Notes: generated by a model from the letters alone, not told the origin. A DNA stretch of 63,994 nucleotides, filler included, from Hyphochytrium catenoides (GCA_900088475.1; 16 parts of 16 records of this genome joined end to end with filler, not necessarily neighbours in it); one strand, 5' to 3'. Shown: positions 1 through 17,232, numbered from the whole stretch's first letter. Translations and numbers: made by a program.

Positions 1-18
1 TTGTTCCGTCTTTCCCTG

Positions 19-1148
19 TCAAGGAGAAGGAAGAAAGAGACTTGTCCAGTCCCAAGTTGTGAGTGTCTTTCTCTTCTCACCCCTCTCTACCGTCTCCAGG
101 AGCATGATGGAAGTGCGGAGGTCCAATAAGGCGTTCTTCAATGGAGAATGAAAAGCAATGGCTGAAGCACCAGAGAGAGAGAGATCAAGAGCTTCTCTGC
201 ACGCTACTAGAAGAGGACGGCTCGTCTCCTCTCTCTCGGAAGAGAAGAACAAAGGTAGCATAGAAGAAAGACAGAGAGAGGCAGAGAGAAGGCTGGTAAA
301 AGCTGCTGGATTCCTATTCACAGCCTCGTCGAGAGAGAATTGTCTTTTCTCTCCCTCTTCCGGAAGCTCCGACGTTAATGTTTGAAGAGTCTCCGTCAAG
401 TCTGAGAACAGGAACAAAACTTGGGATTCCTGAGAATCTGGAATCTTCATCTGCAGATTCTGCAGATCAACTTCTGGAGTCTCTTGAACGGAGAGGAGTG
501 CTCGGGAAGAGAGGAAAGAGAGAACCAGAGACTCCTTATACAGATTCAGAGACTCTGTCTCAAAGATCTTCCCTCCTGCTCTCTGCCCCTCTGTCTCTCT
601 CTCTTTTTCTTTGTTGAGAGAGCTTCTCAATAAGCGGCTAACCCCTTCTCCGCATTGTTCAAGAGCGAGAGAGAGAAGTAGTACGGGAGAGTTGAACCTC
701 TTCACCGCCTCGTTGGTCCCCAAATATTGGAAGACTGCAATGAGAACGAGAGGGAGACAAGGAAGAAAGCCGTCTCTCTCTTTTTTGTTCTCAAGAATAC
801 TTTCTCTTTCTCTTAAATTCAGTCTCCTCTCTTCCACTTTTTCTCCCAAACCGAGAGGCAGGACCTCAGCCATGAGTTTTTGAGTGGCAGAACGGACTTC
901 TGCATCATCATCAACCAAAAGCTGTATCACCAAGCGCCAGAGAGAGGGACCGACGGAGAGAGACAAGGAAGAGAGAGAGAGAGAATGCATGGAGGAGTAG
1001 AGAGAAGTGCAAAGAGCAGAGAGCAATTCTGAGAGCGCGAGAGAGCGTACAGCTGCCAAGCGCACGGCAGTTGGGGCCTCCTCTCTTCCCCCCTCTTCCA
1101 GAGCAATCAGCCACTGTTGAACGTTTTCCGCAAGAGAAGAAGAGAGAG
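19..1148 (-). CDS. THADA: THADA/Trm732-like armadillo-repeat protein, C-terminal exon (5' partial)
   Basis: Frame is open from the gap (SSLAENVQQWLIALEEGGREEAPTAVRLAAVRSL). LWRLVIQLLVDDDAEVRS and KIFETESLNLYKE resemble THADA C-terminal motifs (from memory, not a search). Confidence 0.65.
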
Positions 1149-1248
1149 NNNNNNNNNNNNNNNNNNNNNNNNNNNNNNNNNNNNNNNNNNNNTTAATTAA
1201 TTAANNNNNNNNNNNNNNNNNNNNNNNNNNNNNNNNNNNNNNNNNNNN
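1149..1248. other. Artificial contig linker (44 N + TTAATTAATTAA + 44 N). Also at 2442, 21619, 25696, 27871, 34074, 35319, 36888, 39193, 45417, 48314, 50453, 52526, 58327 and 62779.
   Basis: Identical 100-bp cassette with stops in all six frames, occurring 15 times. Confidence 0.97.
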
Positions 1249-2054
1249 CTCCGACGAGGATCGTCTTTATTGATTTGTACAGTGAGTGCTTCTTGGCGGC
1301 CTGTTCCGGTGTCACTCCGCTTCCTACAGACAAAAGACTCTCCAGTTAGAGACAGAAAAGTTAGCGGAAAGATGAGAAGCCCACCCTGGTGGTTACCGGA
1401 GAGCTACCAAGATGCTAAAGGTAGAGAGCAAAAAGGAAGCGAACGTTGTTCGCGGGTCGAGGAGAACAAGAGCTTCAGAAACAAACGACACTATTGGGCA
1501 GCAGATTTTCTTCAGCCCGGCGTTAGACAAGATAGATAGCTTGATCGGACTGCTATGGACTACGGTTATTTACCTTCAACACCGGTGCTCTCCGTCCTAT
1601 CAGTGGATGTTCCCTCTATCACGCTGCATTTCACGAAGGGAGAGATGGACGCGCCAGGATCCTTTACTCGGAGCCCCTGGCCAGCAATAACTTGAATATA
1701 AATAGTGCCTAAGAGAGGCAAGAAAGTAAAAGAGGAGTGGAAGAGATTTGAGAAGTACGTGAGCGTGCGCTACTTGCTCCTTTGCAGAAGGTTGCCACGG
1801 CTCATCCTGGCCTCTCTTTCTCTTACCTGCAGGTATCGGCTTCAACACGCTCTTAGTCTCCACGGGGAGCTTTAGGGTCATCTGCGAGTCTTCCTGCAGT
1901 CCTCCAAAGGCGACCGAGAGAGCCACAGGATCACCTTTGATCCTCCAGCGCACGATCCTCCCCTTCTTGTCCAGCCGGAGCCTGTGTACCCAACGCTGGG
2001 TCACTGTCCGTCTATTATTTGCTTGATCGTGAAGCACACGGAAAGTCTCCTTGC
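1249..2054 (-). CDS. C2-domain protein, internal exons 2054-1827, 1708-1574 and ~1324-1249
   Basis: AG/GT-bounded exons in consistent phase 1 splice to ...VLKPIPA-GTIYIQVIAGQGLRVKDPGASISPFVKCSV..., a typical C2 beta1-loop-beta2 signature. Confidence 0.65.
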
Positions 2055-2916
2055 CTGCACGAGGAAGTTAAAGAGAAGAAGTCAAGCTTTGTATGACATA
2101 TACTATGTCGGGGCTAAGCGCAGCCAAAAGCAAAGCCTTATGAGGAGAGAAAGGAGCCTGGAGGGACAGTGGAATCATGAGATTCTCTGTATAGACTCAG
2201 AGTTGGGGGCACAAGGGTGGTCATATAAGGACAGGGTAACGCCTGCGGGTCAACGTATGGTTCCTGTCCAACATGAGGGGCCTATCACACGAAGGCTGCT
2301 CCTAGAGACTGGAACTCAAGACAAAGGGAAGAGAGACACTACGCGAGAGGCCATCTTTGCTATTTGACTTCTATCTCCTCACCTATTGTGGTGACAACTC
2401 TCTCTCCTTGCTCTTCCGTGTCTTCCACACTTTCTACAGTGNNNNNNNNNNNNNNNNNNNNNNNNNNNNNNNNNNNNNNNNNNNNTTAATTAATTAANNN
2501 NNNNNNNNNNNNNNNNNNNNNNNNNNNNNNNNNNNNNNNNNCTCTCTCTCTCTCTCTCCTGTCTGCTCCCTTCCTTTGTTCCCTTCTCGCTCCATATGTC
2601 TCTTTTTTCTCTCTTATTCCTTTTCCTGTCTCTCTCTCCAATGGAAATCATGTTATGCCACACTTTGTCTTGCTGTCTGCTTCTCTCTCTATTTTCCCCG
2701 CTCCCTCTTTCTCTTACTTGCTCTCTCTCTCTCTCTTTCTCTCTCTCTTCCCTAAATATATATATATATCTTCACTGCCTTATCCTCGGACTGTTTCCTA
2801 ACTATCTTACCTCTGTTCTATTCGCCCTGGGCTATCTTCTTCTCTCTCCCCTTCGTTTTTTCCTCTCTCCCTCTCTCTTTCTCTTTCTTTCTCTCTCTCT
2901 ATATATATATATGCAG

Positions 2917-6680
<3,764 letters not shown>

Positions 6681-7230
6681 AGCTCAGGAGCTGAAGAAAA
6701 CAAACCAGAAAAGAAGAGAAGAGCAGAGATAAAGAGAAAGAGGAGAGAAGGAGACAATAGAAGAGCAGGAGAGAGACACACACAGAGAGAGACAGAGAGA
6801 GAGAGAGAGAGTATGTACCTAGACAACCTCTTCCTGCCTTCTAGTGTGTCATCTTTTTGAATCAAGAGAGAAGACAAATGGATAGAGAGTGAGGGCAGCT
6901 TGCCAGATGAAAGAGAAGTACAAGAGAGAGAGAGAAAAAAAGAGAGAAGGAGAGAGAGAGAGAAGGGAGGAAGAGGAAGCGAGAGAGAGAGTATTCCAAG
7001 CCATTAAGGATGAGAGAGTTACGAATGTCATTTATTTATTGCGCTAGATCTGACCTAAATCGTCTCCTAGCGTAAAAGAACTATATTTGTACAGAAAGAG
7101 AGGAAGGTGGTCTTCCCTTTCTCTTGTCTCTCTCTCTCTCTCTGTGTCCCTCTTTCCTGACAAAGAGATAGAGGTGGGAGAAGCAGGTCTTTTCGGTCCT
7201 CATAGGTTGTAGGAGAAGGAGACAGAGGAC

Positions 7231-7265
<35 letters not shown>

Positions 7266-7321
7266 TAGGGAACTGAAGGAAAAGACAATCCAAAGGAGAA
7301 TAAGAGAGAAAGAGAGAGACT

Positions 7322-7519
7322 CTAGGACCGCTTTCCTCTTGCTTGCTGTCTACGTGCTTTCCCGGGTCGATTTGCCCCTTTCCCAGCTCCTCTTCCTCCT
7401 TTACCAGGTGGACCAGCACCTCTTTTGGCCATCCCTAAGAGAGAGAGAAAAGTGAGAGAGAAATAGAAGATCAATGGTGAGTCCCAGGGAAAAGAGAGGG
7501 AAATAGATAATCTGTAACG

Positions 7520-7553
<34 letters not shown>

Positions 7554-8658
7554 GAGAGAGAGACAGAGACAGAGAGTGACCATGACAACAACAACACTAC
7601 AAGCTCGCTGACCTTCGCTCCCTCCCTCCCTCTCTCCCTGTGTGTGTCTCTGTCTCTCGCGCTCATCTCTCTCTCTTTCTCTCTCTCTCTTTTTCTCTCT
7701 CTATCCACTTCACCGTTACCTGTCTTTCCTCTCCTGCCGACGCCTTGATTGTTCCGCGCAACTGAAAAGTCACCGAAATCATTGGTTGAGGATCGATCAT
7801 TGCGTTTGTTCCCCGCTTTCTTCCCACCAAAGCCAAACCTGAGCGGGGAGAGAGAGAGAGAGAGAGAGAGAGATTGAGAAGAGAGAATAATGGAGAGAAA
7901 AAGAATGTAAGGAAGAGGGAGGGAGAAAACGAGAAGAGATAAAGCAAAAGAGAAGAGAGACAGAGAGCGAGATGGAAGAGAGAAAGAGGTAGAGAAAAAG
8001 GGCAAAGAGAAGAGGAGAGAGAGGGATGAAAGAATAAGAGAGAGAAAGGTGAGAGAGAGGCGGAGAGAGAATAACAGAAGAGAGAGAGAGAGGAAAGAGA
8101 GGAAAAAAGGGAGAGAGAGCGAGAGAGAGGAGCGATGGAGAAGAGGAGGGAGAACTGAGAGAGGGGAGATAACCTTAGAGAAGCGGAAGGAACAAGAGAA
8201 GAGAAAAGAATGTCAAGGCTTGAAAGACAATTTTCTATGGCAGAGCCAGTCAGGGAGAGAAACGTTTCCGATAAAGAGAGAGAGACCGAAAGAGAGGGAA
8301 AGGATCCGCAGGAGAGAGAGATAAAAGCCAAGAAGAAAGAGAGAGTCCGGCCAGCAGGAAAGGAGAGAGAGACAAGGTCTAAAACGTGTGTGATGTCCTC
8401 ACTTTTTGTCCTTCATCATCCTTTTTCTTCCCTTTGCTGGCTTTCCTCTTCCGCCATCTTCTTCTCTCTTTCTCTTCTGTCCAACCTTCGCAGAGTTGTT
8501 CATGTGCGCATCAAAGTCATCGTTATCGTCACCCAACTGGCTCTTGCTGAAAAAGAGGAGAAGGGGAGAGAGACGGGGTAGGTGGGTGAGAAAGAGAGAG
8601 GGGAGAAAGAGAGGGAGAGGGGGAGAGAGAGGGAGAGGATGGGTGAGAGAGAGAGAGG

Positions 8659-8704
<46 letters not shown>

Positions 8705-8708
8705 AAGA

Positions 8709-8740
<32 letters not shown>

Positions 8741-9228
8741 AGAGAGAGAGAGAGAAGAGAGAGAGAGAGAAAGAGAGAGAGAGACGGTGAGATAAGAAAG
8801 AGACACTGGCCAATTTAGAGGGAGTGAGGCAGATTGTGGAGACAAGGTTTCGAGAGAAGTACAACTGTCAAACTTTTTTGGGGGAAGAAGAGAGAGAGAG
8901 ACCGTGTGTGCGGCGAGGAGCAAAAGGGAGAAAAGTTCGGAGAAAAAAGAGAGTTAGGACCCTTACTCTCTCTTTTTCCATTGATCCACAGCCTTTTCGA
9001 ACTCTTTCTTTCTGGCTGATTTCTCTTTCTGTTTCTCTGCTTGAACCTGCGACGATAGGAGTGAGGAGAAGGAGAGAAAGGTGAAGACGAAAGAGAGAAT
9101 TCGCAGAAGCGAGGAGAGAGAGCGAGAGAGAGAGTGAGAGAGAGAGAGAGAAAGAAGGCCCGAGAGAGATCAAGGGTAGGGTGTGTTGTGTCAAGAAGAG
9201 TAGAGGGATAGCAATGCTTGTTGTTGTA

Positions 9229-9261
<33 letters not shown>

Positions 9262-10070
9262 AATGCTATGGAGGCAGGGAAGTTATGAGAGAAAGAAAGA
9301 GACCTTCTTCGCTATCTTTTTGTGTTCCTGAGACTTCTTTCTCTCCTCCACCGCTTGCATCTTCTTCTGCTCAAAGATCAGCTTATCCTTGACCTGAAGC
9401 AAGGTAAAGTGGAGATCAGAGGGACGAAGCACACTTATAGAGAGAGAGTGAGAAAGAGAGAGAGAGAGAGAGAAAAAGAGAGAGAGAGAGAGAGGGAGAG
9501 AGAGAGAGAGAGGCGGACGATTCCACAAAAGGCAAAAGACCCAGGGAGTAAAGTATTAGGAAGACATAGAAGACAGAGAGAAAGGGCTAATGGACAAAAC
9601 TTATAAGAGAGACAAGTAAAGAAATGCAAGTCTATGAAACGAGAGAGAGAGAGAGAAAGAGAGACAGAGAGAGAGGGAAGGGAGGAGGAGAAAGAGAGAG
9701 GGAGAGAGAGAGAAGCCGTACCTTGGCCATGTGCGCATCACTCTTCAGCATCTCCGCGAAGAAATCTTCTGGGCGCTTGTAAGGAATCTTGTGCTGGTCC
9801 AAGAGTTTCTTCCCAAATCGGAGAGAAGAGAGAGCAAAAGAGTAGAAAGAGACTTCTCTCTTCAAGTCATCGTTTGCACTCTCTTCCTCTAGGTTCAGAG
9901 GAATGGAGACCACGTCGAGCCGCTCTGCCCAGGGGAGAGAAGGAGAGAGATCCTCTGCTCGGGAAAGGAGCATGGGCTGCATAGAGAAGAGAGACACGAA
10001 AAGGGAAGAGAAGAGCGTGAGAGCGACAGCAATCGCAACAGCGAACGAGAGAGAACGAGAGAGAGGGACA

Positions 10071-10112
<42 letters not shown>

Positions 10113-10452
10113 CAGAGCAGGAGACGTCCAGAGGGAAGTTAAAGAAAAGAGGACAAGAAACGCCACGAAGCAGATCAAAGAAAGAGAGAGAGAGAGAGAT
10201 AAGAGGAAGATCAAGACGACTCATTGGGCTTACCACATTGTTTATGAGCTCTGTCTCATTCCCGCCCTTGGTTCCTCCCTTTCTCTTCTCCATCACGAGT
10301 TGTCTCTCTATCTCTTCTTCGTCATCTTCCTCTTCCTCCTCTTCAGCTTCTTCTCTGTCTAGCGGCTCTTCCTCTTCATCACTTCCCCCAGAGAAGATAA
10401 GCTCCTCTTCTTCCTCTTCCTTCCTCTTCACTGCTTTGCTTCTCTTTCCCAT
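7322..10452 (-). CDS. EBP2: rRNA-processing protein EBP2, 7 exons (10452-10234, 9976-9722, 9393-9304, 9046-8967, 8546-8403, 7838-7720, 7434-7322)
   Basis: Motifs PWAERLDV, NDDLKREVSFY, RPEDFFAEMLKSDAHMAKVK, KDKKFGFGGKK and NRPGKARRQ. All introns are GT-AG and in phase. Confidence 0.93.
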
Positions 10453-10702
10453 TGTGCCAATAGACCTCTCTCTCTCTCGTGTTCTCTCTCTCCTCTCCTT
10501 TTCCTCAGTCTCTTCCCAAGAAAGAGCTTCTGCGGATGAGCTTCACAAGGAGAAGCAAAGAGGAAGATGAAGATTCCGTGGTGGTTATTGGGAGAGCGCG
10601 AGACGGTGAAGAGACAACAGATAGGCTGAGCAGGAGGAAGGGGTCTCTCTTGACACGAGTCGAGGAGGGAGAGAGCACATGGAAGAGAGACGACAAGGGA
10701 GA

Positions 10703-10744
<42 letters not shown>

Positions 10745-11055
10745 GATTGAAGCGACAAGTTGCCAGCATTGAATGGCTGGAGCTGCTGATCAGAACCGCT
10801 CCACCAACATTTACACAAGAATCAACGACAAAATCTACTAGAACTTGCTAATGATAACTAACCCATTATTCTAGTGGGCTGACTTTTTTCGATAATCATT
10901 GTAAGGCCTTTTGTATGAGAAAAACAATAGTTCCTAGCGCTACCTTCTATGATAAAAGACTCGCTACTACTTGTCTGATAATGTTACAGCACTTCTGCTG
11001 CTAACCTTAGCTTCCTCAGGGTACATTCTTCATTTATTGTCTTACAAACTAACAG

Positions 11056-11945
11056 GCTATCAAGGTCGTTTTGTCTGAAAAGGCGAGGCTGAAGAAGTAT
11101 GAGGCACCTTGCCGGGCGGGCTGTAGGGCTGCAATTTGTATGTCCCATTGGTTTGGGAGGCCTTTCTTTAGGGGATGGAGCTATGCCGGGCGGGCGTTGT
11201 TGATTGTGTAAGATATTTGGTGAAGCTTCAACAACGTGACCGTTCTGCTCTTTGATGCTTCTTGGCATCTTGGTCAATGGTCTCGTTTGGCCATGGTTTT
11301 ACGCCTTTACACGAGGGTCTTCTCTATGATGGCAATTCATGAATTAAATGCGCTTCAAGATTTTTGAAGAAGCGTGTTCCTCTTGAGCAGTTGGACCCTT
11401 CTCTTGCTTGCCTCGCGGCGTTTGGAGTTGATAATGATGACATTGTTGTGGTTGATGGTTCACCTCCTCCTCCTCCTCCTTCTCCCCTCATTATCACTGA
11501 GGAGATCAATTATGATTCTTCCTTCACTGATGATGAATGTGGAGGAGATCAGGTTGTTGAGAAGGACGAGACCAAGCGTCATAGTAGCTTTCCCTTGTTT
11601 CTTTTCTTCTTCTTCCTCTTTATTCTTCTTCTTCTTCCTCCTCCTTTTCTTCTTTTTTCTTCATCTCTTACTTCTTAGTAGTTATTAGTCTTAGTAATCA
11701 TTAGCCTATAAATCTAGAATAAAATTATAAAAAATAGAGAACCTGTAATATGTCCTTCTCAAAAGTCCTAGTAGCTTCTCTTCTGCTCTTCTTTTCTTTA
11801 TGGCCTAGTTTAGTAAGCTCTTTCTCCATTCTCCTTTGTTGCTTCGTTGTACATATTTGCACCTCTTCTGCTTCTTCAAACAGTAGTCGATTATACACTC
11901 CTTACTAATTTCTGGTTCTTTATAAGTAAAGGGCCACATTTAAAA
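11056..11945 (+). mobile_element. Degenerate 3' end of an RLE-type (CRE/R2-like) non-LTR retrotransposon, copy 1
   Basis: Frameshifted EKARLKKYEAPCRA..LQFVCPIG..RVFSMMAIHELNA. The 3' tail (cagtagtc..ctccttactaattt..taaagggccacat) is homologous to copy 2. Confidence 0.5.
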
Positions 11946-11959
11946 TAGCGGAACGGTGA

Positions 11960-12715
11960 GGATATCAGATGGCTGTGGTTGAGGACCGTAAACGCCATAA
12001 ATATCTCGCTGCTTGCCAGGCCCACCAGATTGACTTCCTCTTTCTAGTTTGGGAGTCCTATGGTGGGGGTTCAGCCACCGTTGCAGCCTTTCTCAATACA
12101 ATTTGTGCTGCTCAGGCTGATCGAACGGCCGCAGTTGAACGCGATGTCCACTTCTTCCCACACCGCCTCATCAGGCAAGTCTCGTTGGCCCTACATGAGG
12201 AAGCAGCTCGAATGATTGTATCCCGGTTGGCCCCTTCTGCTCCCTTTCTTGCTGCTTTCCACGCTTCCTCCTCTGCACTCTCTTCTTCTTCGTCCTCTCT
12301 TTCATCTGTTCCCCTTTTTTCTCAAGCCACCACCACTGACGCTGCTGCTAGTTCTCCTCCTGCGGTCTTTCCGGAGGAGGAGTCCCACGGATTTTTTCCC
12401 TCTCGCATCATTGGTGAGGAACAGGAGTTCGCCGCTTCATCTCCTTTAGTGGTTTTCCCTCCGCCGCAACCGCCTTCTGAGGATCTTCCCCGGCCGCCCT
12501 TAGTGGCCGGGTGAGCTCCCTCATGCTTCTTCCCCTTTTTTTTTTCTCCTCCCTGTCTTCTGGCCTACTACTTGTCTCTCTTGTTTCTCCTCGTTTGAGT
12601 AGTGCATATTTCATATCTCTCTTCCTCTTTAAACAATAGTCTACTAGTCACTCCTTAATTTTTTTCTAGTAATAAAGGCCACATGAACCGGTAAAATATA
12701 CAAAAAAATAAATAT
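11960..12715 (+). mobile_element. 5'-truncated RLE-type (CRE-like) non-LTR retrotransposon, copy 2
   Basis: ORF 11969-12514 AVVEDRKRHKYLAAC...FLVWESYGG...FLNTI...RQVSLALHEEAARMI matches the K..KY / E..GG / S..L restriction-like endonuclease pattern. Ends in an A-rich tail. Confidence 0.7.
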
Positions 12716-13166
12716 TGAAGAACATCTATCTCAACATCTCAACTCTGTCTCGTCTTCTGTCAGGGTAGAAGAGAGTAATGATGATTGTCTTCCTCTCTCT
12801 TCCTCTTCTTCTTCTCTCCTCTCTCTGCCATTTATTATTGCTGAGCAAAGCAGCTGTTCTTATTATCAGTTTTTACTTTTTTTTCTCTTATATAATGATG
12901 ATGATGAGAGAGAAGGAAGAAGAAGGGAGGGAAAAAGAGTTATTAAGAAAGAGAGAAGAAGACCTACAATGTTCTCGTGTCTCTCAACTCCTTCTTCTCT
13001 ACTTCCTTCTTCTTTCTATTTTTCCGGTCTCTCTCTCTCTCTCTCTCTCTCTCCTTCCCCGCCCCCTTTTACGTCCTTCTCTTTCCTCCTTTATTTCTTC
13101 ACACTGTTCTGACTAAGTTCAGGATGAGAGCGGAAGAAGAGACTGTACGTGAGAGAGAGAGGGAGA

Positions 13167-13197
<31 letters not shown>

Positions 13198-13501
13198 TAC
13201 TTTTCAAAGCCCGTCCAGTTTCTTCTTGCAGAAAGGCCACAGCTTGATAAGTAGAAATATATTATTCTTCCTCATAGAAAGCTGGAGGAGGTGAAGAGGA
13301 AAGAGAGACACAAGGAGAGAAGAGACGGGCAGAGAGAAAGAGAGAGAAAGAGCAACATGCAGAAGAGTAAGAGGCACACAACGGAAGCCATTTTTTTGTG
13401 AGAGATAAGACGAGCAGGATACAAAGAAGTGGGAAGAGGAACAGATACAAACAAGAATCATCTCTCTCTTTTCTCTCTCTCCTCTTCCCTCTCTCTCCTT
13501 T

Positions 13502-14026
13502 CTAGAAAGAGATCTCTCCTGCCTGTGCGGACCAGACGGCGCCAACTTCACTGAGGCGCTTATAGGCCCGGGCGTAGGCTCTCTCCCAACCCGCGGGATC
13601 AGAGGCAAAACCCCGGATAAAGTCAGCGTATTCTTCTCTCTTCTTCCTTGTCTCTCCCTTGTTCCCATCCTTCTGTTTCTTGGACTTACTCTTTCTCTCT
13701 CCCTTCTTACCAGGGTTGGATATTTCTCCCTTCTTCTTTTGTTTCTCTTTCTTCCTTTTCCCTCTTTCTTCTTCTTCATCTTCTTCCTCCTCCTCTTCTT
13801 CTTCATCTTCTTCCTCCTCTTCTTCTTCCTCCTCTTCTTCATCTTCTTCCTCTTCTTCATCGTCTTCTTCTTCTTCGTCTTCCTCTTCGTCCTCTTCTCT
13901 CTCTCCTCCTGGCGCCATTCTCCCGTCATTGACTGTGTAGTTCCACTTTCCTTCGCTCCATTTCACTTCCTGGACCTCTCTCCCCGTGGTCGGGTCTACT
14001 GTCATGACGATCTCCATTGAACCCCT

Positions 14027-14091
<65 letters not shown>

Positions 14092-15475
14092 CAGAGAGTG
14101 CGATTCGCAAGGAAAAGGTTAACAGACAATAGGAGAATGTGCCACCAAGATTTCATCTTGGTCTCTCTCCTCCTTCCTCTCATCCTCTTGTCCCCTTTGT
14201 TTCTCTCTCTTCTTCTGTTTTCTTCTCTATCTCCTGGTGGCCCTCTGCTGTGGTTCCCACCCTTCCGTCTCTTTCGTCTGTTTCTCTCTCTCTCTCTCTC
14301 TCTCTCCTCTCTATATCGTTTCGTCCCATTCCTCATTGTTGTGTCTCTCTCTCTTTCTCTTTGTCGTCTCCTTCTTCTCCATTAGTTCCCACAATCCTTC
14401 TTCCTTTTCTTGCCCTCTCTCTTCTCTCTCTCTCTCTTCTCTCTCTCTCTCTTCCCCCTCCGGCACACCTGAGAGAGTCTCTATAGAACTTGTTGCTCCA
14501 TCTGTACTGCTGGTGGCCGCTCACACTGTCAGCGCTGTCAGACATTAGCACGTGAGAGCCCATGAGAGAGGAAACATCGGAGAGAGAGAGAGAGAGACTC
14601 TCCCAATAAGAGAAGAACTCTTCCTCGCTGATGTTTCCACGGGGAAGAACCTGAGGATTGGTCTCGGCGCTATCGCATCTTCCTACGCGCAAGGTATAGG
14701 AGAGAACAGCAGGGGGACTGTCTCTCTCTTCTCCTTCTCTCTTTCTCTGTCTCTCTTCTCTCTGTCTCGCAAGAAATTGACTTCCCACTGCTCCTGCGAC
14801 CGCTATAGCGTCCGCCCAGGAGCAATGATATCTCTCTACCAAGGGAGAGAGAGCGCCTCTCACGTAGGGAGAGAGAGAAAAAGGCTTAGCGTTTGCCTTC
14901 CAGTTCTGTTCTTCGAGAGAGAGAAGGAGAGAACCATCTGCGCCTCCCTTTCTCTCTTTAAAAGCTCCAGCATCGTGGAAGAAAGCGCGAAGAAACATTG
15001 CAGCGATTCTCTTGTGAGGGAGACGCGCAGGGCCGATCACTCCTCCTCTCTCTCCTTCCGCGGTCTGACAACGAACGTCTCCTTTCTCTCTCTTTCTCTC
15101 TCTCTCTCTCTCCTGAGAAGGAGGATCATCACAGAGAAAACGAAGAAGGTCTGCTCTCAACTCTTCCCAGTCAATAGAGAGAGGAAGATAGTCGTTGCAG
15201 TTCTCTCTCGTCCAGCCCGGAGACGATGGCACGTCTAAGTAATAATTAGGGGGAGAGGGAGAGAGAGAAGAGGGAGAAGATGAGCCTTCTTCCAGGTGTC
15301 TCTTCTCTCTTCTGAAGAAGAGAGACTGGCCGCTGTTGAGTATCCCTCTTGCTCTGTCTTCTTCTCGTTCTCCTTCTCTTGGAAAGAGAGACGACGCTTT
15401 TCCTCTTTGTAGATTGCCAGCGAGGAGGAAGAAAAGACAAGAAAGAATAGCCAAGACAGAAGGATATGCTACCAT
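13502..15475 (-). CDS. Non-animal heme peroxidase with N-terminal hydrophobic segment; exons 15475-14469 and 14024-13502
   Basis: Distal FLRAFFHDA, GGADGS, SWADAIAVAG, GRCDS, proximal LMGSH, and C-terminal FASDPAGWERAYARAYKRL. In-phase GT-AG intron. Confidence 0.85.
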
Positions 15476-15640
15476 CCTTTCTTCGTTCTCTCTTATTTTT
15501 TCCCACCACACTCTCTTCTCTCTCTCTTTCTCTCTCTCTCTCTTTATTCTTGTGACTCTTACTTTTCTGGTCTCTCTTCTACGGTTTTTTTAGCCCCTCT
15601 ACCTTCTTCTTGTTTATAAATTCAAGACAAATGTCTGGAG

Positions 15641-15675
<35 letters not shown>

Positions 15676-15800
15676 CCTAGTTCCTCTTTTCTTTTCTCCC
15701 AGTTAAAAGCTGCGACGGGAGGTTAAGGAAGGGGAAAGAAGAGTTGTGATCTGCAGCGTGCATATCGGTTTATGAAGGAGAGGTGGACAGACCCGCCGGG

Positions 15801-15831
<31 letters not shown>

Positions 15832-16018
15832 CGGACCGGGACGGAGAGGAGAGAGAGAAGGGTGAAGGAAGAAGGGGCAAGATAACAGGGAGAGAGAGAG
15901 ACGCGGTTCTCTGCAGCTGACAATAGGTCGAGAGTACTTCATTTCAAAAGAGACACAGGGAGAGAGAAAGAGCGATAGTTCTTACGCAGTCAATAATAGG
16001 AAGAGAAGTCATGTACTG

Positions 16019-16060
<42 letters not shown>

Positions 16061-16468
16061 AAGAGAGAGAAAGCCACCCCTTCGGCTCTTCTTGGTGGGT
16101 GGAGGAGAAAGGAAGAGAAGGAGCTGCCCGTGCTCTCCCCGTCCCGCAGCTGAGAAATCTTCACAAAGATCAAAGAGACTTTCTTCTTCTCTCTCTCTCC
16201 CTCTCGTTTGCTCCTTTTCTTTCTTTCTCTCTCCTTCCTTGCTGTTTCTGTCTCTCTCTCTGTTGGTCCTGTCAGTCTCCATCACGGCCCTTCTATAAAA
16301 GAAGGAAAGATACGCCTTATCATCTTCCCGACTGTCCATCGGTTGTCTCTTCCAGCACCATCACTCCTCATCTCCTCCTCTTCTTTCTATGTAGTCGGCG
16401 GAGTAGGACATTTCTGTATAATATCAAGCTTTCTCTTCTTCTCTTTCTATACTCTCTCTCCCTCTCTC

Positions 16469-16504
<36 letters not shown>

Positions 16505-16759
16505 TTTTCTTTCTTTTTCTTCTTCTTCTTCTTCTCCCCTTCCCCCAACCCTTTCTCTTTCTTCCTTTCTTTCTCTCTCTCTCTCTCGCTCTTGCGCCTT
16601 TCCATTTGGTTGTGGCTAACAGAAGAAAGCTTCTCTCTTTCTCTCTCTTTTGACCTCGCTTTCTCTCTCTCTTCTGCTCAGTGACTAATGAAGAGCACGT
16701 GATGAGGGGCATAAGAGAAAAAGAAGCCAGAGCATAGAGAGTAAAGTAAGAGATTCTAT

Positions 16760-16790
<31 letters not shown>

Positions 16791-17180
16791 CAAAGAGAGA
16801 AATAGAAAGAACGAGACTAATAAAATGAGAGCGGGGAGGAGAAAAGCAGAGAGAGAGAGAAGGAGACGCAGAATCGAGGCAAGGCCAACCTTGCGAAACC
16901 TGCAAAATCTTCATTTTTGTTGGCACTCATCTCTCTCTCTCTCTTTCTCTCTCTTTTTTCCTCTTTTCCTCTTTCTCTCTTTCTCTTCTCTCTTTCTCTT
17001 TCTCCCTTTCTCTTTTCTCAAGCTCTCTCTAGTTCTACTGTCCTCCTTTACCGTTGTTTATCTTTCTCCCTCTCTCTCTTTGCCATTATTCTTCGTCTGC
17101 CATGTTGTTCTCCTTGTGAATGCCACACAATGGCCATCAGCAGCGCCGCAAAAACGATGTAGGGACAACCAAAAGAGAGG

Positions 17181-17232
<52 letters not shown>

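Noticed and set aside
1193-1204. Recurrent palindrome TTAATTAATTAA as a biological repeat or CRISPR-like array
   Set aside because: Always centred in a fixed 100-bp N cassette; it is an artificial six-frame-stop linker.
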